DNA of 64,000 nucleotides from Gammaproteobacteria bacterium (lineage in GTDB: Bacteria; Pseudomonadota; Gammaproteobacteria; Eutrophobiales; Eutrophobiaceae), in NCBI GenBank assembly GCA_965243205.1, contig CBDEUK010000002.1, forward strand, positions 512,001 through 576,000, given 5' to 3'. Positions within the stretch are counted from its first letter, which is position 1. Every line of letters begins with the position of its first letter. A program made the position numbers and the translations under genes. Positions 20,400 to 29,387 of the stretch are shown piece after piece. Under the pieces are notes generated by a model. It worked only from the letters and a program-made list of their open reading frames with translations. It did not search any database and was not told the DNA's origin.

Positions 20400-21239
20400 T
20401 TAAGATTTTTTACGAATGCCTACCATTCCAATCAAAGCAGAACCTAATAACCATACTGCAGCTGGCACAGGAACTGGAGCAAAAGATTGTAGGTTATCAC
20501 CAAAAATATAGTTCTGGAATCGATCTTCACTAGGGTCAAATTCAGAGAAGAGCGTCAATGCACCAGTGATTTGGGTATAGTCGGTCGCATCAGTAGCAAC
20601 GAGATGCCATACAGAGTAAGGGTTATCTTCTTCGCCACTCATGTCATTAACGAAAGTCACAAGATTTGAGTCTTTGCTTACTTCGTCGAAAACACGATCG
20701 ATACCACTTTGGGCAAAATATGCTGCTTCTGTTGAAACCGATGAAGCGTATTGTCGTCTGACTTCATTGAATTCACCTTCGTATTCAAATAAGCCTGAAC
20801 CACCTGGGCCATCATCTAATTCCGGGAAGAGCGTAACTCGTGTAGCAAATACTAGAGTGTTATCAGAATTATTACGCCAGACCTGATCTGTAAGAATTCC
20901 AATCTCTTCAAGTTCACCATCTTCAGGAAATGTGATCTCATATTCATTTTCATCGATTATGGTGTAGCCTGCAGGAAGTAGAAATCCATTTGTACTGCGA
21001 GTGAAAAATTCTTCTTCTGGTGCCTCACCGAAGGTACCGAAACCCGGATCCACGGCTGCTGGTGCATCACCGCCTAGGACAAAACCTTGATCAGGTCCTA
21101 GACCGCTACCAATGATCTGGAAATCAGGACCACCAGTACTAAGAAAACTATCACCGTTGTTAAGATTTTGAAACGCCGCATTAGCGCTACTTGATGTAAT
21201 TAATGCTAGAACAGATATAATGAGAGACTTAGAATTCAT
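20400..21239 (-). CDS. Acidic secreted VPLPA-CTERM protein, distant paralogue of copies A/B
   Basis: AGGAGGG RBS, signal peptide ending ANA, C-terminal VPVPAAVWLLGSALIGMVGIRKKS. Confidence 0.9.
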   Translation of the reverse strand: MNSKSLIISVLALITSSSANAAFQNLNNGDSFLSTGGPDFQIIGSGLGPDQGFVLGGDAPAAVDPGFGTFGEAPEEEFFTRSTNGFLLPAGYTIIDENEYEITFPEDGELEEIGILTDQVWRNNSDNTLVFATRVTLFPELDDGPGGSGLFEYEGEFNEVRRQYASSVSTEAAYFAQSGIDRVFDEVSKDSNLVTFVNDMSGEEDNPYSVWHLVATDATDYTQITGALTLFSEFDPSEDRFQNYIFGDNLQSFAPVPVPAAVWLLGSALIGMVGIRKKS

Positions 21240-21339
21240 GTCTCTACCCTCCTAATTTAATTGTGTGAAGACTTGTATCTTGACGAGTCGCTTGTTATAA
21301 AAAATATATTTTTGAACGCCTTACGCCGTCAGAATGTTG

Positions 21340-21381
21340 ACTATATCATTTCATAATTATAATTCGTTAGGGATATCTTCC
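21340..21381 (-). promoter_or_regulatory. Putative activator-dependent promoter of the VPLPA-CTERM gene
   Basis: Sense GGAAGATATCCCTAACGAATTAT then TGa-TATAGT extended -10, 22 nt after CCTA. Confidence 0.6.
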
Positions 21382-21503
21382 CGGTTTTTATTAAATATCC
21401 CCTTTTTATTTAGCAAATTAGAATTTTTTTAACTATTTAATAATATGTTTTTTTAGCCTTTTCTTGTTGTATTCTCGCTTTTTCTTTTCGATCTTAACTG
21501 AGA

Positions 21504-22931
21504 TTAAAGATTGTATTTCTTCATTCGATATCGCAAAGCCATACGTGTTATACCTAATTCTCTTGCGGCCTTTGAGACATTACCATTAGTTTTTTCTAAA
21601 GCTTGTTTAATCATATTTAATTCAGCTTCGCTTAGTGTTAAATCATCTTTGGTTTCTTCCATAACAACTGCTTGTTTAGGTTTATTCACTAAAGCTAATT
21701 GTTCAGAAGTAATTTCTTCACCACCACTTAATAGTACTGCACGTTCAATCAAATGCTTCATTTCTCGAATGTTACCTGGCCACTCATAATTTAAAATCGA
21801 GTCTTTTGCATCATCATTAAACTCTGGTGTTTCTAAAGCATAACGTTTAGCAGTTTGAGCAGCGAAATGATTGGCTAATATCATCGCATCATTACCGCGT
21901 TCTCGTAATGGTGGTAAGGTAATACTTAAAACATTCAATCGATAAAATAAATCTGAACGAAATTCACCACTCTCCGATAACGATTCAATATCTCGATTGG
22001 TTGCAGCGACAAACCAAGCTTGTACTGGAATTTCCTGTGTTGAACCTACTTTACGCATACTACGGCGTTCTAATACTGCTAATAATTTACCTTGTAGGTC
22101 CAAAGGCAATTCACCAATCTCATCGATGAATAACACGCCATCTTCAGCTGCTTCTATTAAACCCGTTCTAGCTACATGTGCATTGGTAAACGCACCTTTT
22201 TCATGGCCAAATAATTCCGCTTCAATCAAATCTTTTGGTAATGAGGCACAGTCCATATGTACAAATGGTTTTTGCATTCTTGCACTTTTAGAATGTAGAA
22301 CACGTGCTAACACATCTTTACCTGTACCTGTTTCTCCTAGTATTAATACTGTAGGAGGAACAGCATCAGCATTCATTGTAAGCTGGGCAATACGTTCAAC
22401 TTGTTTTTTAACATCTTTAATCGCTTTACAGTTACCAAGAAAATCAATCGTATTTGCTGAATGTTCAACAGCATGTTGTTCGCGCTTACTTGAGTAAGTT
22501 AATTTTTGTTCTGTCTCCTGTCGTCTCATAACTTTCTCGACATTCAACATAAGCTCATCAAGATCGACTGGTTTCTTAAGATAATCAGAAGCTCCTAATT
22601 TCATTGCTTGTACTGCGTCTTCAATTTCACCATAAGCAGACATTACAATCACAGCAGCATTAGAATCGTATTTATTTCTAACATCGGTTAAAAAATCCAG
22701 GCCTGAGCCATCAGGTAATCTCATATCAAGTAAAATTAAATCTGGAGAAAACGCTTTGAATTTTTCATGAGCTGTTTCTATATCGCCTGCAATTTCGCTA
22801 TTAAATCCAGAGCGTGTTATACGTTTATTAACTGCTTTTGCTAAAATGGTTTCATCTTCAACGATTAATACTTTATGTTCTATGACTGGTATTTCAGTTG
22901 CAGGCACATAGTTATCAAAAAAGTCTGTCAT
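21504..22931 (-). CDS. Sigma54-dependent response regulator (NtrC/AtoC family; REC-AAA+-Fis HTH)
   Basis: LLDMRLPDGSG, GETGTGK, ELFGHEKGAFTNA, FRSDLFYRLNV, WPGNIRE, NVSKAARELGITR. Confidence 0.93.
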   Translation of the reverse strand: MTDFFDNYVPATEIPVIEHKVLIVEDETILAKAVNKRITRSGFNSEIAGDIETAHEKFKAFSPDLILLDMRLPDGSGLDFLTDVRNKYDSNAAVIVMSAYGEIEDAVQAMKLGASDYLKKPVDLDELMLNVEKVMRRQETEQKLTYSSKREQHAVEHSANTIDFLGNCKAIKDVKKQVERIAQLTMNADAVPPTVLILGETGTGKDVLARVLHSKSARMQKPFVHMDCASLPKDLIEAELFGHEKGAFTNAHVARTGLIEAAEDGVLFIDEIGELPLDLQGKLLAVLERRSMRKVGSTQEIPVQAWFVAATNRDIESLSESGEFRSDLFYRLNVLSITLPPLRERGNDAMILANHFAAQTAKRYALETPEFNDDAKDSILNYEWPGNIREMKHLIERAVLLSGGEEITSEQLALVNKPKQAVVMEETKDDLTLSEAELNMIKQALEKTNGNVSKAARELGITRMALRYRMKKYNL

Positions 22932-22945
22932 AATTATTGATCTAA

Positions 22946-24403
22946 TTAATTGGTTGTATTTGGAATGGTAATCGTTATATCAGTACCGATACCTTCATTG
23001 ATTTCAAAATTCAAATCCCAACCATGGGTTTGACAAATTTTAAAAGCAATCGGAATACCTAAGCCAGTACCAAAACGTTTCGTCGTAGGGCCTGGCTCTA
23101 AATTTCTTGGTTCAGGTTTAAATGGTAAACCTCCACCTTCATCTATGATGGATAAGATAAGATTTTGTTCTCGTTGTATGAAACCGATTTTTAACCTGGC
23201 ATTTTTAGGTGATGCATCAACGGCATTAGCAAGTAAACCATACAATGCTTGCTCCATTAAATCTGGGTCAACAAGTACTGTAGTTGAGTCATCCCAATCC
23301 AGTTGTTCAAGTTCGATTTGTTTTTCTTCTAATTTTGTTTTTAATACCGCTAGAGTTGAGTTTAATAAGTCGCTGACTTTATGTTGTCGCTTATTTGGTT
23401 TTAAAGGATGTAAATACGATACTAAGGAATTAACCCACCGCCCTAACCTATCTATTGTTTCAATTATCGCTTCACTACTTTCTTTTAATTCTTCTTTATC
23501 ATCAGCATCATCTAACACTTGTGCAGTTGCTCTAATCGCAGCCAAAGGATTTCGAATATTATGTGCGACAACTGGCACTAGTGCGCCTAGAGCCGCTTGT
23601 TTTTCACTTTGAACTAAAGCATCACGACTGGTTTCAAGATCGCTTGCCATTTGATTAATCGTTGCCGCTAATTCAGAAACTTCTTCAACGCCTTTTTCAG
23701 GAATGGAATGAGATAAATCACCAGCTTTGATTTTATGGGCACCATCCATAATATTGGTCATGGGTTTCATAAAACCACGTTTTAAAAAGTTTCGTGCAAA
23801 GACAACTAAAATTAAAGCAATGATTAATGGGATTGGAATGATTAACGGTGCATAAGTCGACCAGCGTTTGAGTGTATTATCTAAAACATCATGCTGTTGA
23901 TCTAATAATTTACGAAATTCTAAATATCGGTTTTCAAATTTATCGACCATGCTTTCAGCAAATCGCGGATCGAGAATTTTCATCCGAACCCGTAAATCTG
24001 AAATATACGGGTCGGTAAAGATTTTATTCATATCTTTTTGAATTTCACGATAGGACTCTTGCAAATCTTGAATCGCTTCATTTTCCTCACGAGAATCAGC
24101 AGTATTTCTTAGATTATTAAATTGCTTATCGATAAGACGTGAATATTCTGCATATACATCAAGTGACTTAGAGTCCTCTAAAACTCTGACTCGAATCGCA
24201 GCCTGGATTTGTCGAAACAAAGAACTTCGCACCTGCTCAGTCACAGATTTCAACTCATTAATACGTACCGATTCAGCCGAATTTTTTTGCCAGAAATAGG
24301 CAGACATACCACCAATGATCCCTGTTACAGCGACTAACAATAAGAACGCAATCTCATGGATTAAAAGTAGATTGCTCAGTGATTTAGGTCGTTTAGCAAG
24401 CAT
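22946..24403 (-). CDS. Membrane sensor histidine kinase (periplasmic sensor, HAMP, HisKA, HATPase)
   Basis: Two TM helices, HAMP, VAHNIRNPL H-box, NAVDA, DEGGG, GTGLG. Confidence 0.9.
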   Translation of the reverse strand: MLAKRPKSLSNLLLIHEIAFLLLVAVTGIIGGMSAYFWQKNSAESVRINELKSVTEQVRSSLFRQIQAAIRVRVLEDSKSLDVYAEYSRLIDKQFNNLRNTADSREENEAIQDLQESYREIQKDMNKIFTDPYISDLRVRMKILDPRFAESMVDKFENRYLEFRKLLDQQHDVLDNTLKRWSTYAPLIIPIPLIIALILVVFARNFLKRGFMKPMTNIMDGAHKIKAGDLSHSIPEKGVEEVSELAATINQMASDLETSRDALVQSEKQAALGALVPVVAHNIRNPLAAIRATAQVLDDADDKEELKESSEAIIETIDRLGRWVNSLVSYLHPLKPNKRQHKVSDLLNSTLAVLKTKLEEKQIELEQLDWDDSTTVLVDPDLMEQALYGLLANAVDASPKNARLKIGFIQREQNLILSIIDEGGGLPFKPEPRNLEPGPTTKRFGTGLGIPIAFKICQTHGWDLNFEINEGIGTDITITIPNTTN

Positions 24404-24430
24404 TATTCAGCCAGTATACTCTATTAGATA

Positions 24431-24469
24431 TGGTTCATATAGACCAATTTCATGGTTATTCATAACCAT
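24431..24469. promoter_or_regulatory. Tandem palindromic upstream activator sites (TGGT-N8-ACCA x2)
   Basis: TGGTTCATATAGACCA (24431-46) and ATGGTTAT-TC-ATAACCAT (24452-69), centres 22 bp apart. Confidence 0.65.
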
Positions 24470-24588
24470 TTATCTTCAATGAAACACTGTAAAACATTGA
24501 ATTATGAATAGTTATTATTTAAATAAAAACAACGTAAGCAACTGTTTTTAAAATACTTTTATGTAAAATATTTTTGTTGTCTATATCA

Positions 24589-24605
24589 CTGGCATACAAA
24601 CTGCT
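24589..24605 (+). promoter_or_regulatory. Sigma54 (-24/-12) promoter of pqqA
   Basis: CTGGCATACAAACTGCT = GG-N10-GC, about 80 bp upstream of pqqA. Confidence 0.75.
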
Positions 24606-24687
24606 GATGTAGGTATGTACTGTCATTAAGTACATCTGGGAAACCAGATTGAACCTTATCTTTTAACATTAACGAGGAGAACTCATC

Positions 24688-24762
24688 ATGAAATGGGAAA
24701 CACCTGCTTACAGTGATATCCGTTTTGGTTTTGAAGTTACCATGTACATCAACAACAAATAA
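24688..24762 (+). CDS. pqqA: PQQ precursor peptide PqqA (missed by ORF track)
   Basis: MKWETPAYSDIRFGFEVTMYINNK, with the E-x-x-x-Y core and a GAGGAG RBS. Confidence 0.97.
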   Translation: MKWETPAYSDIRFGFEVTMYINNK

Positions 24763-24790
24763 TTGTTGAGGTAGCTTACAGCTAAAACAC

Positions 24791-24813
24791 GGGGCTGTAA
24801 CAGCCCCTTTTTT
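24791..24813 (+). terminator. Intrinsic terminator of pqqA
   Basis: GGGGCTGT-A-ACAGCCCC followed by a T6 tract. Confidence 0.85.
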
Positions 24814-24981
24814 GTCGAAGTTCTTTTCAAACGCTTAATTCATCAGACACAAACAAATCCTCCTCATATAGGAGCCATTGAAACATATTCAATGGCTCCT
24901 TTTTATTTCATAACATTTATCGAAACTCGGGAATTATTCCTTTGTGCAAACATTCATTATTCATTTAGTCTTAAAATAAAA

Positions 24982-25713
24982 ATGAATATATTCATGAAAC
25001 TATCTGCATTTAAATTTTTATTACCGATTACACCTTTATTCCTTATTCAGGCTTGCTCTGAACAACCTTCGAATCTATTTTTTCCTTCAGAAAAAGGCAT
25101 TACTTGGACTTATAATGTTGAACAACTAACGATGACCGAACCTGTTTTTTATCGAATGATGTTTACTAATCTTGGTAAAAAAAAGATTGACGATCAATCT
25201 TTCTATATACGTAAGTTACATAATAATAGTTTTCAATATTTTAATGATGACGACTCCGGTTTCTATGAATTAATAAAAAACCAAGAAACTAAAACAGAAC
25301 ATAAAAAGTATCTATTTAAATATCCATTAAAAATGACCACAACATGGAAAGCTGAAGGCGATCCTTTTTTAATGCGTCGCTCAATAGATGAAATTAATGC
25401 ACAACAAAACTCTATGCCGGGTTTAAGTCAGGATTCACCTTTAAAGATGGAATACAAGATCGCTAGTATGAGTGATTCTGTAAAAGTACCTGCGGGAAAA
25501 TTCAAAGGCTGTATGAAAGTCGTTGGTAAAGGAAACTGTTCTTTCTCCAGTACTGGCAGCTTTGCTCGTAAAATGATTGTTGAAGTCATTAATAACGAAT
25601 GGTATTGCCCTGAAGTTGGATTAGTAAAAATTGATCGTAGGGAATCCAGTGAGCGTGTCTCATTGAAACCTGTTCACTATGTTATCGAACTAGAAAAAAT
25701 ATCTCACCAATAA
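24982..25713 (+). CDS. Hypothetical beta-rich lipoprotein
   Basis: Lipobox IQAC; FFP..G.TWTY, VKVPAGKF..C, WYCPEVGLVK. Start shortened relative to the ORF track. Confidence 0.7.
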   Translation: MNIFMKLSAFKFLLPITPLFLIQACSEQPSNLFFPSEKGITWTYNVEQLTMTEPVFYRMMFTNLGKKKIDDQSFYIRKLHNNSFQYFNDDDSGFYELIKNQETKTEHKKYLFKYPLKMTTTWKAEGDPFLMRRSIDEINAQQNSMPGLSQDSPLKMEYKIASMSDSVKVPAGKFKGCMKVVGKGNCSFSSTGSFARKMIVEVINNEWYCPEVGLVKIDRRESSERVSLKPVHYVIELEKISHQ

Positions 25714-25738
25714 AAAACCCCGACCGAAGTCGGGGTTT
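25712..25738. terminator. Terminator between the lipoprotein gene and xoxF
   Basis: AAACCCCGAC-CGAA-GTCGGGGTTT hairpin; longer U-tract on minus strand. Confidence 0.85.
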
Positions 25739-25779
25739 CTAGTCTTATAGGAACATAACTGCTCCTTAAACTAAGTTGC

Positions 25780-27765
25780 TTATGGCAATGAGAAAACCAT
25801 TAACACACCAGCATTACGTGATGAGTTCAATAGTTTACGATAACCACCAACCGCACCTAGAGCCGCTTCACCTGGAGCAGCTGCTAAGCCTGGGATAGCA
25901 ACAACAGCACCAGCCCAACCGCCGATACCTGAAAGGATACCTACGTATTGTTTGCCTTTGTGTGCCCATGTATGGAAGTTACCGATAATGCCTGATGGAG
26001 TTTTGAATTTCCAAAGAAGCTTACCAGATTTCGCATCAACCGCTTTAGCATACGAATCAAGTGTTCCATAGAACACAACATCGCCCGCTGTGGTTAATAT
26101 GCCAGACCATACAGACCATTGTTCGGTAATATTCCAAACAATTTTACCTTTGTCCGCATCCCAAGCAATGAAGTTACCCATATTATCCTTTTCAGGGTTA
26201 TTGTTAGGGCAATCTGGGCATACAGCACCAGCAGGATACATGGTTAAGTTAGCATTAACGTAAGCTTGACCAGATACATAACGGTTACCACCAGCCGCAT
26301 AAGATACAGGCTCATAGGTCATACAAACGTGGTTTGTAGGAACATAGAAAAGACCTGTACGTGGGCTATAAGCCGCAGGTTGTTGGTCTTTGGTACCTAG
26401 AGCAGCAGGACATACGTCTTTAGATACAACATCTTCACCATTATGATGCGGGCTGTATTGATTAAGAACCTGAGGATAACCAGTCTTCATATCAACATGA
26501 GTAGCCCAGTTAACCGCAGGGTCAAATTTCTCAGCAACCAAGAGTTCGCCGGTAATACGATCCATGGTGTATGCAAAACCATTACGGTCAAAGTGAACTA
26601 ATGCTTTACGCATTTTGCCTTTGACTTTCATGTCAACCAAGATCATTTCGTTAACACCGTCATAATCCCACTCATCATGTGGAGTCATTTGGTAAGCCCA
26701 ACGAGCAACACCTGTGTCGATGTCACGAGCGAACATGGTCATAGACCATTTGTTGTCACCTGGACGAACCGTTGGGTTCCAAGTAGATGGGTTACCTGAA
26801 CCGTAATAGACTAAGTTTTCATCAAAGTCAGCAGGCCACCAGCCCCATACAGAACCACCACCAGTTTTCCACTGAGGTCCGCGTGTTTTACACTCACGTG
26901 CCTGAAGATTGAAATTACGTAGTTCCTTGTCACCAGTCCAATCATTTTCAGCACACCAAGTTTTCAGTGAAGAATCTTTACCAACTTTTCTACCCATAGA
27001 GGTGGTATTTTCGTCGAAAAGAATATCTTCATCAGGACCCATTGAGAATGCGCGCCATGCTAAAGAACCATCTTTCGCATTGTAAGCTGCTAACCAGCAA
27101 CGAACACCAAACTCAGCACCAGAACAACCAGTCATAATTTTATCTTTGATTGGGTGTGGAGCATTGGTGTTGGTCATACCACTTGCAGGACCAACGCCTC
27201 GGCCCTCTTTAGGATTTGGACCAGTAGTAATTTCGTGACCGTTAAATACATCCCAAACCACTTCACCTGTTTTAGCATTCAAAGCAACTAATTTGGTGTC
27301 GTTTTGTTGTAAGTAGATTTGACCATATGAATAACCTAAACCACGGTTAACAATGTCGCAGCACATAACTGGTACAGTTTCTTCTTCGTTTTGTTGTGGC
27401 TCGAAAGACCAAACGATTTCGAAAGTGTCTAAGTTAATCGCGAAAACATCATTCGGGAATGATGAATGGATGTATAAGGTGTCATGAGGTAAACCAGTAG
27501 CACTGGTAGGTAATACCAATGGACCACCTTCGTGACCTTGTAGACGACCTGTTGAGAATGTCCAAGCTGCAACTATTTTATTGACGTTTTCTGTGTTGAT
27601 TTGTTTCAGCTTCGAATATCGCCAATTATTATAGTCACCACCAGGGAATGCCCAGTAGTTCGGATTGTCATTCAACGCACGAACTTCGTCGTTTGCTGAT
27701 GCTGACATAGGAACGGCTAAAGCGATAGAAGCCACTAAAGCCGACTTAAGTGTAAATTTATTCAT
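25780..27765 (-). CDS. xoxF: Lanthanide-dependent PQQ methanol dehydrogenase XoxF
   Basis: Signal peptide, vicinal CC ([10 protein letters not shown]), [15 protein letters not shown] with the extra lanthanide-binding Asp (MxaF has Ala there), [12 protein letters not shown]. Confidence 0.92.
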   Translation of the reverse strand: MNKFTLKSALVASIALAVPMSASANDEVRALNDNPNYWAFPGGDYNNWRYSKLKQINTENVNKIVAAWTFSTGRLQGHEGGPLVLPTSATGLPHDTLYIHSSFPNDVFAINLDTFEIVWSFEPQQNEEETVPVMCCDIVNRGLGYSYGQIYLQQNDTKLVALNAKTGEVVWDVFNGHEITTGPNPKEGRGVGPASGMTNTNAPHPIKDKIMTGCSGAEFGVRCWLAAYNAKDGSLAWRAFSMGPDEDILFDENTTSMGRKVGKDSSLKTWCAENDWTGDKELRNFNLQARECKTRGPQWKTGGGSVWGWWPADFDENLVYYGSGNPSTWNPTVRPGDNKWSMTMFARDIDTGVARWAYQMTPHDEWDYDGVNEMILVDMKVKGKMRKALVHFDRNGFAYTMDRITGELLVAEKFDPAVNWATHVDMKTGYPQVLNQYSPHHNGEDVVSKDVCPAALGTKDQQPAAYSPRTGLFYVPTNHVCMTYEPVSYAAGGNRYVSGQAYVNANLTMYPAGAVCPDCPNNNPEKDNMGNFIAWDADKGKIVWNITEQWSVWSGILTTAGDVVFYGTLDSYAKAVDAKSGKLLWKFKTPSGIIGNFHTWAHKGKQYVGILSGIGGWAGAVVAIPGLAAAPGEAALGAVGGYRKLLNSSRNAGVLMVFSLP

Positions 27766-28158
27766 AACCTCCTCCTCTCTTGGTGTTATTGAATAATTAA
27801 TGAATGTTTAGCCTCTATATCACTACATCATTTCCCCTGAGGCCATTAGGAAAACTCATGTCTGAACTATGGCCTCTTTCGGTACCTATAAACAAAATGA
27901 CTTAATACATGCTGTTTAATGCAACGAAATCTAGAGGAGGCAATATACAGATTCGATAATACTTGCTTACCGAATCAATAATTTAGGATGGATAAGTGAA
28001 TATAGATATAGGACTACTTCCCATCTAACCTAGGAAATACTCCGTTTAAACATTATGATTTTAATTACATTTTAATTGTGAATTTTTCCCAAAGATAAAA
28101 TGTAGTGTAGCTATTTAGGTTTAAGGAATAGTTTTTGATTAATTATCAAACAATCAGG

Positions 28159-28701
28159 TTAAAATTTATTCGGTAACATTCTACTAAGAACGTTTTCATG
28201 TCGACTTATCAAAAAAGCAAAAGCACCACATAGATGGATAACGATCAAAGTTAGTAAGAAAATTGATGAAATCTCATGGATCGCAGTAAAAAAATCATTC
28301 CATTCTTTACTCGGTTCAAAAATACGTGGCAAATCAATTATGCCCCAAAAACTGGTTTTATATTTCGTAAAGCTAGAAGAAATAAAACCGGTTAATGGCT
28401 GTAGAATCATAAATAAGTAAAGTGAATGATGAGTTGCTGTAGCCAATTTCCTTTGCCATGAAGACAATGACCTAGGTAATGCGGGTCGTCTGTCAATTAC
28501 GGCCCATATTATGCGTATAAACAGTAACAAAAAAACCGTCATACCAATATTTTTATGCAGTCTAAAGAAATAACTTCGCTCATCCGAACCTTTGGGTAAA
28601 TCTTCCATGTACCACCCAAGGCAGAACAAAACGAGGATTAAAATGGCCATTAACCAATGCAGTGACATAGCCAATTTTGAGTATTTTTGTACTTCAGACA
28701 T
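28159..28701 (-). CDS. Cytochrome b561 (YceJ/CybB-like)
   Basis: LHWLMA, LHKNIG, THHSLY, IHE/IHL histidines on four TM helices. Confidence 0.88.
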   Translation of the reverse strand: MSEVQKYSKLAMSLHWLMAILILVLFCLGWYMEDLPKGSDERSYFFRLHKNIGMTVFLLLFIRIIWAVIDRRPALPRSLSSWQRKLATATHHSLYLFMILQPLTGFISSSFTKYKTSFWGIIDLPRIFEPSKEWNDFFTAIHEISSIFLLTLIVIHLCGAFAFLISRHENVLSRMLPNKF

Positions 28702-28784
28702 AAAGAAATAACCTTAAGAATGATTGTTTGAGTATTATTTTAACTATAAAATCCATATAAATAATGAAAAAAATGTAATGAATA

Positions 28785-29378
28785 ATGCATCAGTATTTTA
28801 TAGCCATGTTTAATCCTATTCAAAAACAGACCACTTTATTTTTTTTATTGGCTGTTTATTTAGCTTACCCAGCAACCACTTTAGCTAGTCAATATGAAAT
28901 AGAAATCAGTAAATCCAATCAAGAGCTGCTGGTAAAAAATGCTGATACCATCGTTAAGCGCTATCGTATTGCTTATGGTAGAGGTGGCAAAGGAACAAAA
29001 TATAAAAAAGGCGATAAAAAGACCCCTATTGGTGTTTATAAGATTATGGACTTTAAAGCTGAAAGTCGATTTCATTTTTTTATGCAGCTTAATTACCCTA
29101 ACCTATTAGATGCATGGGGTGGTTATAAAAATAAAGTTATTAATGCTCAAGAATTCGATGCAATAGCAACAGCTATCTCCAATAAACAAAAACCACCTCA
29201 AGATACCATTCTAGGAGGTTACATTGGAATCCATGGATTAGGCGAAGAAAACCCAGAGAAAATTAAATTACATCGTAATACAAATTGGACTGAAGGCTGT
29301 ATCGCATTAACAAATAAAGAAATTATTGAACTTAAACAATATGTAGATATCGGTACTAAGGTTGTGATTAAAGAATAA
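28785..29378 (+). CDS. L,D-transpeptidase (YkuD) family protein
   Basis: GDKKTPIGVY, LNYPN, IGIHG...WTEGCIAL. Confidence 0.88.
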   Translation: MHQYFIAMFNPIQKQTTLFFLLAVYLAYPATTLASQYEIEISKSNQELLVKNADTIVKRYRIAYGRGGKGTKYKKGDKKTPIGVYKIMDFKAESRFHFFMQLNYPNLLDAWGGYKNKVINAQEFDAIATAISNKQKPPQDTILGGYIGIHGLGEENPEKIKLHRNTNWTEGCIALTNKEIIELKQYVDIGTKVVIKE

Positions 29379-29387
29379 AAGCCTGCA

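Noticed and set aside
24580-27823. TCTATATCACT shared by the pqqA and xoxF upstream regions
   Set aside because: 11-bp AT-rich match in opposite orientation and position relative to the genes; likely chance.
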